This document shows, piece by piece, positions 5,699 through 12,385 of a stretch of 12,385 nucleotides of DNA (its first letter is position 1; each line of letters opens with the position of its first letter). The notes under the pieces were generated by a model that saw only the letters and a list, made by a program, of their open reading frames with translations, searched no databases and was not told the origin of the DNA. The DNA lies in assembly GCA_050011875.1 (NCBI GenBank), contig JBEKIG010000033.1, positions 1 to 12,385 of the forward strand, in the 5' to 3' direction. Origin of the DNA: Nitrososphaeria archaeon (lineage in GTDB: Archaea > Thermoproteota > Nitrososphaeria > JACIWG01). A program made the translations under genes and the position numbers.

Positions 5699-7570
5699 AT
5701 GAATCAGCAAGACTTATGGAATGAGCTTCTAGGCGCTGCTACTTCAGTTAGCGATAAGGGAATACAAATAGCCGACACATTAAAGCCGACCTTTAGCGAC
5801 CTTATTAGCGGCAACCCACATACGTTAGCGGAATGGCTTATTTTCATACTTTTTAGTCCGGTTTTAGTGCCTATGATTCTTGGCGCTGACATTTATCAGT
5901 GGTTAGCAATTAGAATACCGATGATCCAAAGGCAAATACTAAAAATGGTTGGACTTGACCGCGTTAGTGCTTTTGGTGCTGCTTTACAACGTTGCGCGGG
6001 TGACGTGCCATTTATGGAGCCTATCTACTCAGCTTTAACAAATCCATCAAATGAATTTGATCTAGGTATAATGGAAGCTGCGGCAAGTGGAGCGGTTTCA
6101 ACGGGTTTAGGACGTATATTAGACCCTTTAACTAGGCCTATTGGCTTTTGTATGGAGCGCATGCTTATAAATAATCTAATTGAGCCAATGCAAGCAGCGC
6201 AACTTATACACAAGGGTTTGAACGTACCCGGAGGTATTTCGTTTATAGGTGAAAGTTACGGTTATGATAGCGCCGGAACTCAAGCATTATTAGATGTTAC
6301 AAGAGAGCCCGCCGGTTTTATGGATACTCTCTTATTGTTAAATCGTGGTTATATTGACGAAGGAACAGCGTATAATTGGATTAGATTGAACGGTTTAGAC
6401 GATGATATTGCTCAACCTCTCATAAATCTTAGGTGGCATGTTCCTAATGTTGGTGATGTTCAATCATATATTGCTGGACTTGGATACTCTCAAGACCGTA
6501 TTGACCAATTTGGGTTAGAAGACGAATATCCGCAAGACGCTAATCAATGGCTACAAAAGAACGGAGCAACCGACGAAGTAGGCAAAAAGGCTTGGATCGC
6601 TCACTGGTCAATGCCACAAAACGGGATACTATTAGACGCTTATCATAGGAGGATCATAAGCAAAGATGAATTGTATGCCGGAATGGCTGTTAATGGTGTG
6701 CCTCCTGTCATGCGTTCAGTACTCGAGCAACAGGGTGTAACGTTACCCATGCGCCGTCAAATCAATATGATGTTTAAGTACGGTGTGATTGATCAGAACT
6801 ATGCTAATGACATCTATTTAAGGTATGGATTTTCAGAAGATGATGCAAACCGATTAACAGCATTAACTGTTAAGTCAGTAAACCCTTATGAAGCTGGAAA
6901 TCTAGCTAGTGACGCAACAACGGCTTATGAGGATGATCTAGTCGATTATGACACAGCAAAAACATGGTTAATGCAAGCCGGACATAGTGAATGGGAAGCT
7001 GGTTTACATTTACTTGGATCAACACATAAGAAGGGTGCGGCAGTTCTTAAAACGGTTGAATCTTACGTTCATGATGCTTACATAAACGGAGATTTAACAT
7101 TAGACGAAGCAGTTAATCAAGTTTTACAATATGGTGAAATGAGCGAACGCGCGAAGGTGTTGAGGGAATTATGGACGGAAGAAAAAATACACACGATAAA
7201 ACATGTGAGCGAATCGGATTCTCGGAGTGGGTATCGTTTGGGACTCATAAATTCGAGTCAGTTACGGACGAATTTAGAAATGCTGCACTACGACGAAGAT
7301 TCTATAAGCGTTATAATCGCATTAGAAAATGCAACCATGCAAAAGCCACAAGCAAACGTTATCGCTCCGATAACAACTTCTAGCGGCAAGGCTAAGTCAT
7401 TCACAAAAGCAGAGCTTAAAAAGATGTACATAGACGGGATCATTGACAGTAATACATGGTACGATGAAATGCTATCATTAGGTTACACTGACGCGCAAGT
7501 TGCCGCGTATGCTCAACTTATGATAGCTGGTACAAGCACAACAGGAGGTTCGACAAGTGCCGCGACCTAA
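5699..7570 (+). CDS. Large helical-repeat virion protein with an N-terminal hydrophobic segment
   Basis: 623 aa. TM-like WLIFILFSPVLVPMILGA, eight degenerate repeats of the form hY..G.I(D/S)...........G(Y/F), and a central WIAHWSMP motif. Confidence 0.7.
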   Translation: MNQQDLWNELLGAATSVSDKGIQIADTLKPTFSDLISGNPHTLAEWLIFILFSPVLVPMILGADIYQWLAIRIPMIQRQILKMVGLDRVSAFGAALQRCAGDVPFMEPIYSALTNPSNEFDLGIMEAAASGAVSTGLGRILDPLTRPIGFCMERMLINNLIEPMQAAQLIHKGLNVPGGISFIGESYGYDSAGTQALLDVTREPAGFMDTLLLLNRGYIDEGTAYNWIRLNGLDDDIAQPLINLRWHVPNVGDVQSYIAGLGYSQDRIDQFGLEDEYPQDANQWLQKNGATDEVGKKAWIAHWSMPQNGILLDAYHRRIISKDELYAGMAVNGVPPVMRSVLEQQGVTLPMRRQINMMFKYGVIDQNYANDIYLRYGFSEDDANRLTALTVKSVNPYEAGNLASDATTAYEDDLVDYDTAKTWLMQAGHSEWEAGLHLLGSTHKKGAAVLKTVESYVHDAYINGDLTLDEAVNQVLQYGEMSERAKVLRELWTEEKIHTIKHVSESDSRSGYRLGLINSSQLRTNLEMLHYDEDSISVIIALENATMQKPQANVIAPITTSSGKAKSFTKAELKKMYIDGIIDSNTWYDEMLSLGYTDAQVAAYAQLMIAGTSTTGGSTSAAT

Positions 7571-7676
7571 ATTTCAATTACTAGATAAAGACGTTAAAGA
7601 CGCATTGGCAAAGCTAGACGAGCTATTACCAAAGCTTACCGATAAACAAAAAGAAGCAATAAATGAAGCTACGTAA
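7557..7676 (+). CDS. Hypothetical 39-aa helical peptide (not in ORF track)
   Basis: GGAGGT at 7544-7549, GTG start 7 nt later, MPRPKFQLLDKDVKDALAKLDELLPKLTDKQKEAINEAT*. It fills the gap and overlaps the polymerase 3' end by 8 nt. Confidence 0.65.
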   Translation: MPRPKFQLLDKDVKDALAKLDELLPKLTDKQKEAINEAT

Positions 7677-9567
7677 ATTCTTCAATAACTATCGGATACA
7701 CCCATCCTTCAGCATTGACAAAGCCCTTATTATAGACTCTCTCCATTTTCTTAATCATAGGCACGATCTCGACAGATCCATATTTATTTTCACAAATCGT
7801 CTTATGCATGCTTTGCCATTGCATTATCTCATAGGTGTTCTTATCGAGCTGCTTTGAGTCTTTAGGCACACCCTTTAGCTTTTCTTCTCCAGCAAAAAGG
7901 TAGTCCTTTAAGCCGCGTATAACCATGTTTATTCCGATTTTCTCAATTTTCCAGTAACCCAATTTGCTGTCACTAATAAAGGGATCAAGATTATGCTTAC
8001 CCAAATCTGTAACATACAGAGAATCAGAATCGCAATAAATCCAATTACGGTTGCCAGCAATTTGCATAGCTTGTAGCATCTTAACCCGTAAATACGAAGT
8101 AACGAAGGCCGATATAAGGGGAAAACTGTGTGTAGCTCCTTCTTTTTTGACGTATTCATATTCAAGCCCTCCAAAATGGATAACTTTCTTGACGGTTAAT
8201 GATTCAATGTCTCCGACATATTCAGAACCATCAGCATGACCGCCGTTTTCCCGTTTTGGTTGCCATTCTTTGCGATATTCTCCAAATTTGCCATATAGTG
8301 AGTTTAGCAGATACTTATAAATTAATGCTAAAGCGGGGTTTTGATTCTCAATGGCCGCTCGCCTCTTTCTGTATAGCTCTGTAACATAGTCTTTGAACAA
8401 TAATCGAGCTTTATACACAAACAAGCGCTTGATACGTCTAACGTGCTTATTTTCGATTGCAACTTTAAGCTCCGGCTCGCATAACCATGTAACAAATCGA
8501 CCAACGGGAAAAAGGAGACGATCATTTTCGTGTTTTGGATAATACGGTTTACGAGTATCAATTTCGACCTCCGCGAAACAACAGTGTTTATTATCAAGGT
8601 TTGTCACATCCTCAATTTTAGGTTTAAGACATTCTTTTACAAACTCAACAGGAAACTTATTATCACGCATGACGCTTGGATAAGCGCTGTTTATATCCAA
8701 ATTCCATATCTTGCCTTGATAGTTTCCAATAAAAGCGGCTTCAGTTCGTCCACCATAATAAGCTTGTCTCTCTAACTGTTTTTGATTTAGTCCTTGATTT
8801 GTCTTTATCGGTTCATTCAAATATAATTGTTTAAATATTGCTAGGGCTTGACTTGCTATGGTGGGTTTGAAGGCGCCAAAATTGTTTTCCAACAATACAT
8901 TTCGCCATTTTCGCATAACCTCATTTAGAATATAAACATCGTTTTTACAATAATCCTCAAGACTTTTTTCCTTGACGTGCCTAAAATCAACAGAGCCTTT
9001 TTCAAGGTTGAAAGCTGTCGCTAACGCTGAAAGCGGCATCTTAAAAAAGTTAAGGGTGTCGATCATTAAGATCGTGTGAGCACCCTTAGTATATTTTATA
9101 ACGGTGTTTCCTTTTCGATCCGCTATGGTGTTTGTACCCCAATCGTGTCCAATAAGGGTTTTGTGGATTCCAGTGATGCTCCAATCGTATCCAATATTGT
9201 GAGCAAAGCAGTAGAGCTTACTTCCTTGCTTACTGTACGCTTCAAGGAGATCGTAAAATTGTTCAGCATCGGTAAATCTACGGTAATCTGATTCGTATTG
9301 TCGTCCGTTGGGATAAAAGCGAGTGAAAAGCCCGTATCCGACTCTAAAAGTTTGACGTTGTATTCCATTTTCTAAATCCTCAATATCTGCTTCTGTGTCG
9401 AACACAAACATAAGCTTAGGAAGCTTCTTGCTTGTGTGTTCTTTAGTCGGTTTAATCTCTCTTATTTTAATCCTATTTGATTGTTGCTGTGATTTTTGTA
9501 GCTGTATAATAGCTACCTCACTGTTATGCTGTATTTCTGAAAGCTTCGGTAACGTCACCGCTTGCAA
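7669..9567 (-). CDS. polB: Protein-primed family B DNA polymerase (pPolB); start codon uncertain
   Basis: ExoI FDTE, ExoII AHNIGYD, IDTLNFF, ExoIII YCKND, TIASQA, YYGGRTE, motif A DINSAYP, TPR1-like insert (LLFPVG..TWLCEPEL), motif B KYLLNSLYGKFG, TPR2-like insert, motif C YCDSDS, KDY and KLKGV. Confidence 0.97.
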   Translation of the reverse strand: MQAVTLPKLSEIQHNSEVAIIQLQKSQQQSNRIKIREIKPTKEHTSKKLPKLMFVFDTEADIEDLENGIQRQTFRVGYGLFTRFYPNGRQYESDYRRFTDAEQFYDLLEAYSKQGSKLYCFAHNIGYDWSITGIHKTLIGHDWGTNTIADRKGNTVIKYTKGAHTILMIDTLNFFKMPLSALATAFNLEKGSVDFRHVKEKSLEDYCKNDVYILNEVMRKWRNVLLENNFGAFKPTIASQALAIFKQLYLNEPIKTNQGLNQKQLERQAYYGGRTEAAFIGNYQGKIWNLDINSAYPSVMRDNKFPVEFVKECLKPKIEDVTNLDNKHCCFAEVEIDTRKPYYPKHENDRLLFPVGRFVTWLCEPELKVAIENKHVRRIKRLFVYKARLLFKDYVTELYRKRRAAIENQNPALALIYKYLLNSLYGKFGEYRKEWQPKRENGGHADGSEYVGDIESLTVKKVIHFGGLEYEYVKKEGATHSFPLISAFVTSYLRVKMLQAMQIAGNRNWIYCDSDSLYVTDLGKHNLDPFISDSKLGYWKIEKIGINMVIRGLKDYLFAGEEKLKGVPKDSKQLDKNTYEIMQWQSMHKTICENKYGSVEIVPMIKKMERVYNKGFVNAEGWVYPIVIEEFT

Positions 9568-9997
9568 TGTTTATGTCACTCCCTTCGTCAGTCACTTTGA
9601 TTGATTCGACAGCGTTCTTAATTTGCTCTTTAGTTAATATGGCGTTTGACCAAAGAGGATAATACCCTTGATCCAAAAGGTAGCCATCAGAGTTTGTTAT
9701 TGTCGCTTCAACCTTATACATATAGTCTTTTTGACCATTAGCGTTCATTTGAAGCATATTATCCTGTTGAATTGGTGAACCACTAGGCAAATCTCGTAAA
9801 GATTGAATAACCGCCGCTTGTGCATCTGCTTCTCTTGAAATAGCTAAAGAGTCTGTTTTTCGTATGCCTAAATCTGTTCCTATTGTGTTATTATATAGAG
9901 CACTTCGGCTTTCGCCGTTCAGAATACCAGCTCTATAATAATTGTTGAGCATATTAGAAACATATGCTCGTTCTGTTTCAGAGCTTGTAAATGGCAT
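9524..9997 (-). CDS. Hypothetical protein; terminal protein candidate
   Basis: 157 aa, directly upstream of and co-oriented with pPolB, the position of terminal protein genes in phi29, PRD1 and Bam35. Positional inference only. Confidence 0.45.
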   Translation of the reverse strand: MPFTSSETERAYVSNMLNNYYRAGILNGESRSALYNNTIGTDLGIRKTDSLAISREADAQAAVIQSLRDLPSGSPIQQDNMLQMNANGQKDYMYKVEATITNSDGYLLDQGYYPLWSNAILTKEQIKNAVESIKVTDEGSDINIASGDVTEAFRNTA

Positions 9998-10006
9998 ATT
10001 ACGCCA

Positions 10007-10789
10007 TTAATCAAAAAGCAAATTCCAATAAGGGGTTTTATTTACTGGTTGAGGTGTTGGCGTTGGCGTTGGCTGAGATCCACCTTTAAGCCTAACGTCC
10101 ATTGTTCTAGTTTCAGGTGGAAAACGTGCTTGTAAACCTTGAATAATTCCCATAGTGTTGTTTATTATATCGTTAGTGCTGTAAATGCAACCCGTCCAGA
10201 AACAGAAACCCGAAAACTTACCTCTAGCTGCAATTACACCATTAGCGATATTTATGTAGTCATTAAGGTTTCCTTTTCCTTGTGCAACCAATACGCCAAC
10301 TTCACTACACCCTAGATCCCAAGACTTTACACAAACGTTAATAGTGGCTTGTACGTACATATTATAATTTGTATAAGGCTCAAGATAAGCAACCCAATTT
10401 GTCTTTTTACCGGCTCCAAGACGATAAGCTAAGAATGGATCAAGATCGCCTTCTCCGTATGAACCTCCCCAAGTTTCAAAGGCTAAATGAGAGGCTAAAG
10501 CGTTTGCTTCCCCTTCTTCTGTTGATTCGCCACCAACAGCTTGAAATCCCAAGCTTCTAAGGTAAGCGCCAACAGTATTTGGATCTTCTCCGGCAGAGTT
10601 ACTTGTGCCATCGTTACCGCTCATTACCATAGGTGTAAGCCCTAATTGATTGCATGTGCCTACAATTCCAAGGTTTGCTTGACGATAGCCATGACAACCT
10701 GTGCCAACGTCTATAAAATGATTATTTTTTATTAAATTCCAGTCACCAATAGAACCGGCTACCACTTGATAAACATAATTTGCTGACAT
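10007..10789 (-). CDS. Hypothetical alpha/beta protein with C-terminal Pro/Thr linker (possible glycoside-hydrolase-like enzyme)
   Basis: 260 aa with alternating strand/helix pattern and acidic residues after predicted strands (GFQAVGGE, VAYLEPY, FSGFCFW); PTPTPTPQP tail; GAGGT RBS 6 nt upstream. The ORF is solid; the function is speculative. Confidence 0.5.
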   Translation of the reverse strand: MSANYVYQVVAGSIGDWNLIKNNHFIDVGTGCHGYRQANLGIVGTCNQLGLTPMVMSGNDGTSNSAGEDPNTVGAYLRSLGFQAVGGESTEEGEANALASHLAFETWGGSYGEGDLDPFLAYRLGAGKKTNWVAYLEPYTNYNMYVQATINVCVKSWDLGCSEVGVLVAQGKGNLNDYINIANGVIAARGKFSGFCFWTGCIYSTNDIINNTMGIIQGLQARFPPETRTMDVRLKGGSQPTPTPTPQPVNKTPYWNLLFD

Positions 10790-10800
10790 TATCTAACCTC

Positions 10801-10852
10801 TTAAAAACAATAAGACAAGTAAAAGGTGGAGGTGAAACCCCTTTTACTTGTC
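10801..10852 (-). terminator. Terminator-like hairpin on the minus strand
   Basis: Perfect 13-bp stem GACAAGTAAAAGG (10814-10826)/CCTTTTACTTGTC (10840-10852), 13-nt loop, followed on the - strand by TTATTGTTTTT; starts 10 nt after the stop of 10863-11033. Confidence 0.75.
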
Positions 10853-10862
10853 ATTTATTCCG

Positions 10863-11033
10863 TTATACTTCAAAATACATATAGTAGTATTGCCATGCGG
10901 CGTGTAAATGAGCTGTTGCTTGAATCAATGAAGCTTTCCAAATATCATCAGGTGCTATTGCGCTAAGATGATTCCACAAAAGGCTATAAGCCTCTCCGAA
11001 AAGCGCATCAATCTGATCGACTGTTGATGCCAT
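10863..11033 (-). CDS. Hypothetical 56-aa protein (not in ORF track)
   Basis: MASTVDQIDALFGEAYSLLWNHLSAIAPDDIWKASLIQATAHLHAAWQYYYMYFEV*. GAGGAAGTGA upstream; ends just before the hairpin. Confidence 0.7.
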   Translation of the reverse strand: MASTVDQIDALFGEAYSLLWNHLSAIAPDDIWKASLIQATAHLHAAWQYYYMYFEV

Positions 11034-11304
11034 TTTCTGTCACTTCCTCAATTTCTTCTTTAGGTTCTTCAACTTCCGGCTCTACTGGTGGAGTTGTTAA
11101 AACGTCAATAACTCGATCAATCATAGAGTCACATAATACCATGACACCTTCGTATAAAGGATCATCGTTATTTGTACAAAATGTGTCTAACGTGTGCTTA
11201 ACGCTGACAAGTTCATCAAGAACTGTATCCGGCATATCATGCGCCCATATCGTTGTTTGAGCACAAAAACTTAGTAGGTTTGTTGGATCTATTGAATTTA
11301 TCAT
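11008..11304 (-). CDS. Hypothetical acidic protein
   Basis: 98 aa with Glu-rich tail PVEPEVEEPKEEIEEVTE; GGAGGT RBS; starts 1 nt after the upstream stop. Confidence 0.75.
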   Translation of the reverse strand: MINSIDPTNLLSFCAQTTIWAHDMPDTVLDELVSVKHTLDTFCTNNDDPLYEGVMVLCDSMIDRVIDVLTTPPVEPEVEEPKEEIEEVTENGINSRSD

Positions 11305-11305
11305 A

Positions 11306-11545
11306 TTAACCTCCGCTTAAATATTCACGCATCCATTTATAGCCCTCTATTACTTCACCATATCCGCGAAGCATAAGCAAAAGACGACCTCTTGGTACGA
11401 TATATGCGTCGCTATCTAAATCTCTATCGTGTTGAAATCTCTCCAATAATAAGCTGATCTCGTTCTCTTGCCTTTTGAGCATTTCAATTCGACGCTTCCA
11501 TTTATTTTTGGTATCGCGCCTCTTTTGCGCAGCTGTGTAAACCAT
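11306..11545 (-). CDS. Hypothetical helical protein with basic N-terminus (possible nucleic-acid binding)
   Basis: 79 aa; QKRRDTKNKWKRRIEMLKRQ; the ATG abuts the upstream TAA. Confidence 0.7.
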   Translation of the reverse strand: MVYTAAQKRRDTKNKWKRRIEMLKRQENEISLLLERFQHDRDLDSDAYIVPRGRLLLMLRGYGEVIEGYKWMREYLSGG

Positions 11546-11824
11546 TTAAAAGCTCCCAGACGTTATATATTGCATCTTCTTCCATATACCCTGTATTGTT
11601 GCGTCTAAATCATCAAGAGTTGCAATAACAAACTCATTAAAAACAGCACCTTTGACGGCGTTGTGATTTTGGTCAAGGTGTTGCTTCAGTGATTTAACTT
11701 CCCGCCTCACATTGCAAGCTGATTCATTTATGTAATATAAGTCAATGCAAAGATCATATTTGTTTGCTTCGTAGTAATCTAGCAATAACTCCAAGCTTTT
11801 CTTGTGTGCTTCTAAATCGGACAT
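11546..11824 (-). CDS. Hypothetical coiled-coil protein
   Basis: 92 aa; strong RBS AAGGAGGT 7 nt before the ATG. Confidence 0.8.
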   Translation of the reverse strand: MSDLEAHKKSLELLLDYYEANKYDLCIDLYYINESACNVRREVKSLKQHLDQNHNAVKGAVFNEFVIATLDDLDATIQGIWKKMQYITSGSF

Positions 11825-11865
11825 TTATACGACCTCCTTTTTCTAAAATGGCGTTTTTCAATCCT

Positions 11866-12222
11866 CTATATTGGTCTTGCTGTTGAAGTGGGGTTACTTA
11901 TTGGTCTAGGTGTTGTAGTCGGCGGGATAGTTGGCAAATTACCTTTATATTCGGGTAAATCAGGCATACGCACACCATTATTAGGTGAGTTATAAACCGT
12001 TTGAACAGGTGTCGGTTTAGCTGTTGGTGCTGTTATTGGTGTTTTAACGCTTGTTTGTGACATCTTTGTTTGTTGTGTATTAACCGTAACTTGTTTTATT
12101 GGTGTCACGATGTTTTTATTTTGGTCGTGTAACGGTACAATATTTACACATGCTGTAACACCAACCATTAGCATAACCACGATAACAGATATGCCCGTTA
12201 TCACATATCGGTTTAAGTTCAT
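11866..12222 (-). CDS. Putative secreted or membrane-anchored Pro/Thr-rich (lipo)protein
   Basis: The ATG at 12222 has GAGGT 8 nt upstream, so it is preferred over the track's TTG at 12252. MNLNRYVITGISVIVVMLMVGVTAC resembles a signal peptide with a lipobox-like Cys; the remainder is low-complexity P/T. Confidence 0.65.
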   Translation of the reverse strand: MNLNRYVITGISVIVVMLMVGVTACVNIVPLHDQNKNIVTPIKQVTVNTQQTKMSQTSVKTPITAPTAKPTPVQTVYNSPNNGVRMPDLPEYKGNLPTIPPTTTPRPISNPTSTARPI

Positions 12223-12345
12223 TACTTTCCACCTCATAACATTTTGTTTCAATTTGTATAGTTCGTGTCATAATAGGAGTATATTTATCTCATACTATAT
12301 AGATGTGACGGTTTTGCTCACTTTCCAATGGAAACCGACCTTTTT

Positions 12346-12377
12346 TTATAGGAGCGGACTTTAGGGCGCGCCTATAA
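12346..12377. repeat. Right-end inverted repeat/hairpin
   Basis: TTATAGGAGCG (12346-12356) and CGCGCCTATAA (12367-12377) are complementary at 10/11 positions, with a 10-nt spacer. Confidence 0.75.
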
Positions 12378-12385
12378 GATTGTGT

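Larger units (their letters stand above)
1..12385. mobile_element. Near-complete genome of a pPolB-encoding prokaryotic (possibly archaeal) virus or virus-like element
   Basis: Protein-primed PolB; dense, abutting small ORFs in two convergent blocks; non-coding, repeat-rich ends; no recognisable cellular housekeeping genes. Confidence 0.85.

Noticed and set aside
5711-5722. GACTTATGGAAT at the start of the 623-aa gene matches the upstream repeat unit (DLWN)
   Set aside because: Only 12 nt in AT-rich DNA; insufficient to claim a shared origin.
548-7383. Antisense or nested ORFs in the structural block (548-736, 2937-3152, 4382-4576, 4932-5192, 5704-5892, 6025-6213, 7171-7383)
   Set aside because: They overlap better-supported, tightly packed + strand genes and have no independent support.
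7364-7402. APITTSSGKAKS as a Walker A motif
   Set aside because: Lacks GxxxxGK[ST], has no preceding beta-strand or Walker B, and lies in a linker between helical repeats.
7663-9604. Short ORFs nested in or antisense to polB (7663-7857, 7929-8174, 8051-8239, 8199-8384, 8328-8597, 8530-8775, 9076-9291, 9123-9368, 9395-9604)
   Set aside because: Shadow ORFs overlapping a well-supported gene, with no recognisable motifs.
10369-12364. + strand ORFs 10369-10560, 11024-11260 and 12110-12364
   Set aside because: Antisense to RBS-supported - strand genes, or running through the terminal repeat region.
1-12385. Casposon, polinton or pipolin interpretation of the PolB
   Set aside because: No Cas1, integrase or recombinase, no host flanks or target-site duplication visible, and the other genes look like a virion module.
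12300-12385. Long terminal inverted or direct repeat matching the left end
   Set aside because: By eye only ~11-bp motif matches exist; the true termini may be missing from the window.

Overview
The window looks like a near-complete, compact (~12.4 kb, AT-rich) genome of a prokaryotic dsDNA virus or virus-like element that replicates by protein priming. It has two convergent gene blocks. The + strand block (410-7676) looks like a virion module: a basic 140-aa alpha-helical protein (candidate DNA-wrapping nucleocapsid protein, recalled as SEV1/ovalivirus VP4-like), a 303-aa beta-rich protein resembling a double-jelly-roll capsid protein, several ~120-aa beta-rich proteins, a coiled-coil plus beta-sandwich spike candidate, small membrane proteins, a Trp-rich 11-residue-repeat protein and a 623-aa protein with 8 helical repeats. 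The - strand block (12222-7669) holds small unknown genes, a possible hydrolase, a terminal-protein candidate and a clear protein-primed family B DNA polymerase. I see no packaging ATPase, integrase, Cas1, terminase, portal or RT. No long terminal inverted repeats are visible, but both ends carry hairpins built from a shared TTWTAGGMGCG motif. Only the polymerase call is firm; the other product assignments are inference from sequence patterns without database searches. The host is possibly archaeal but not proven.
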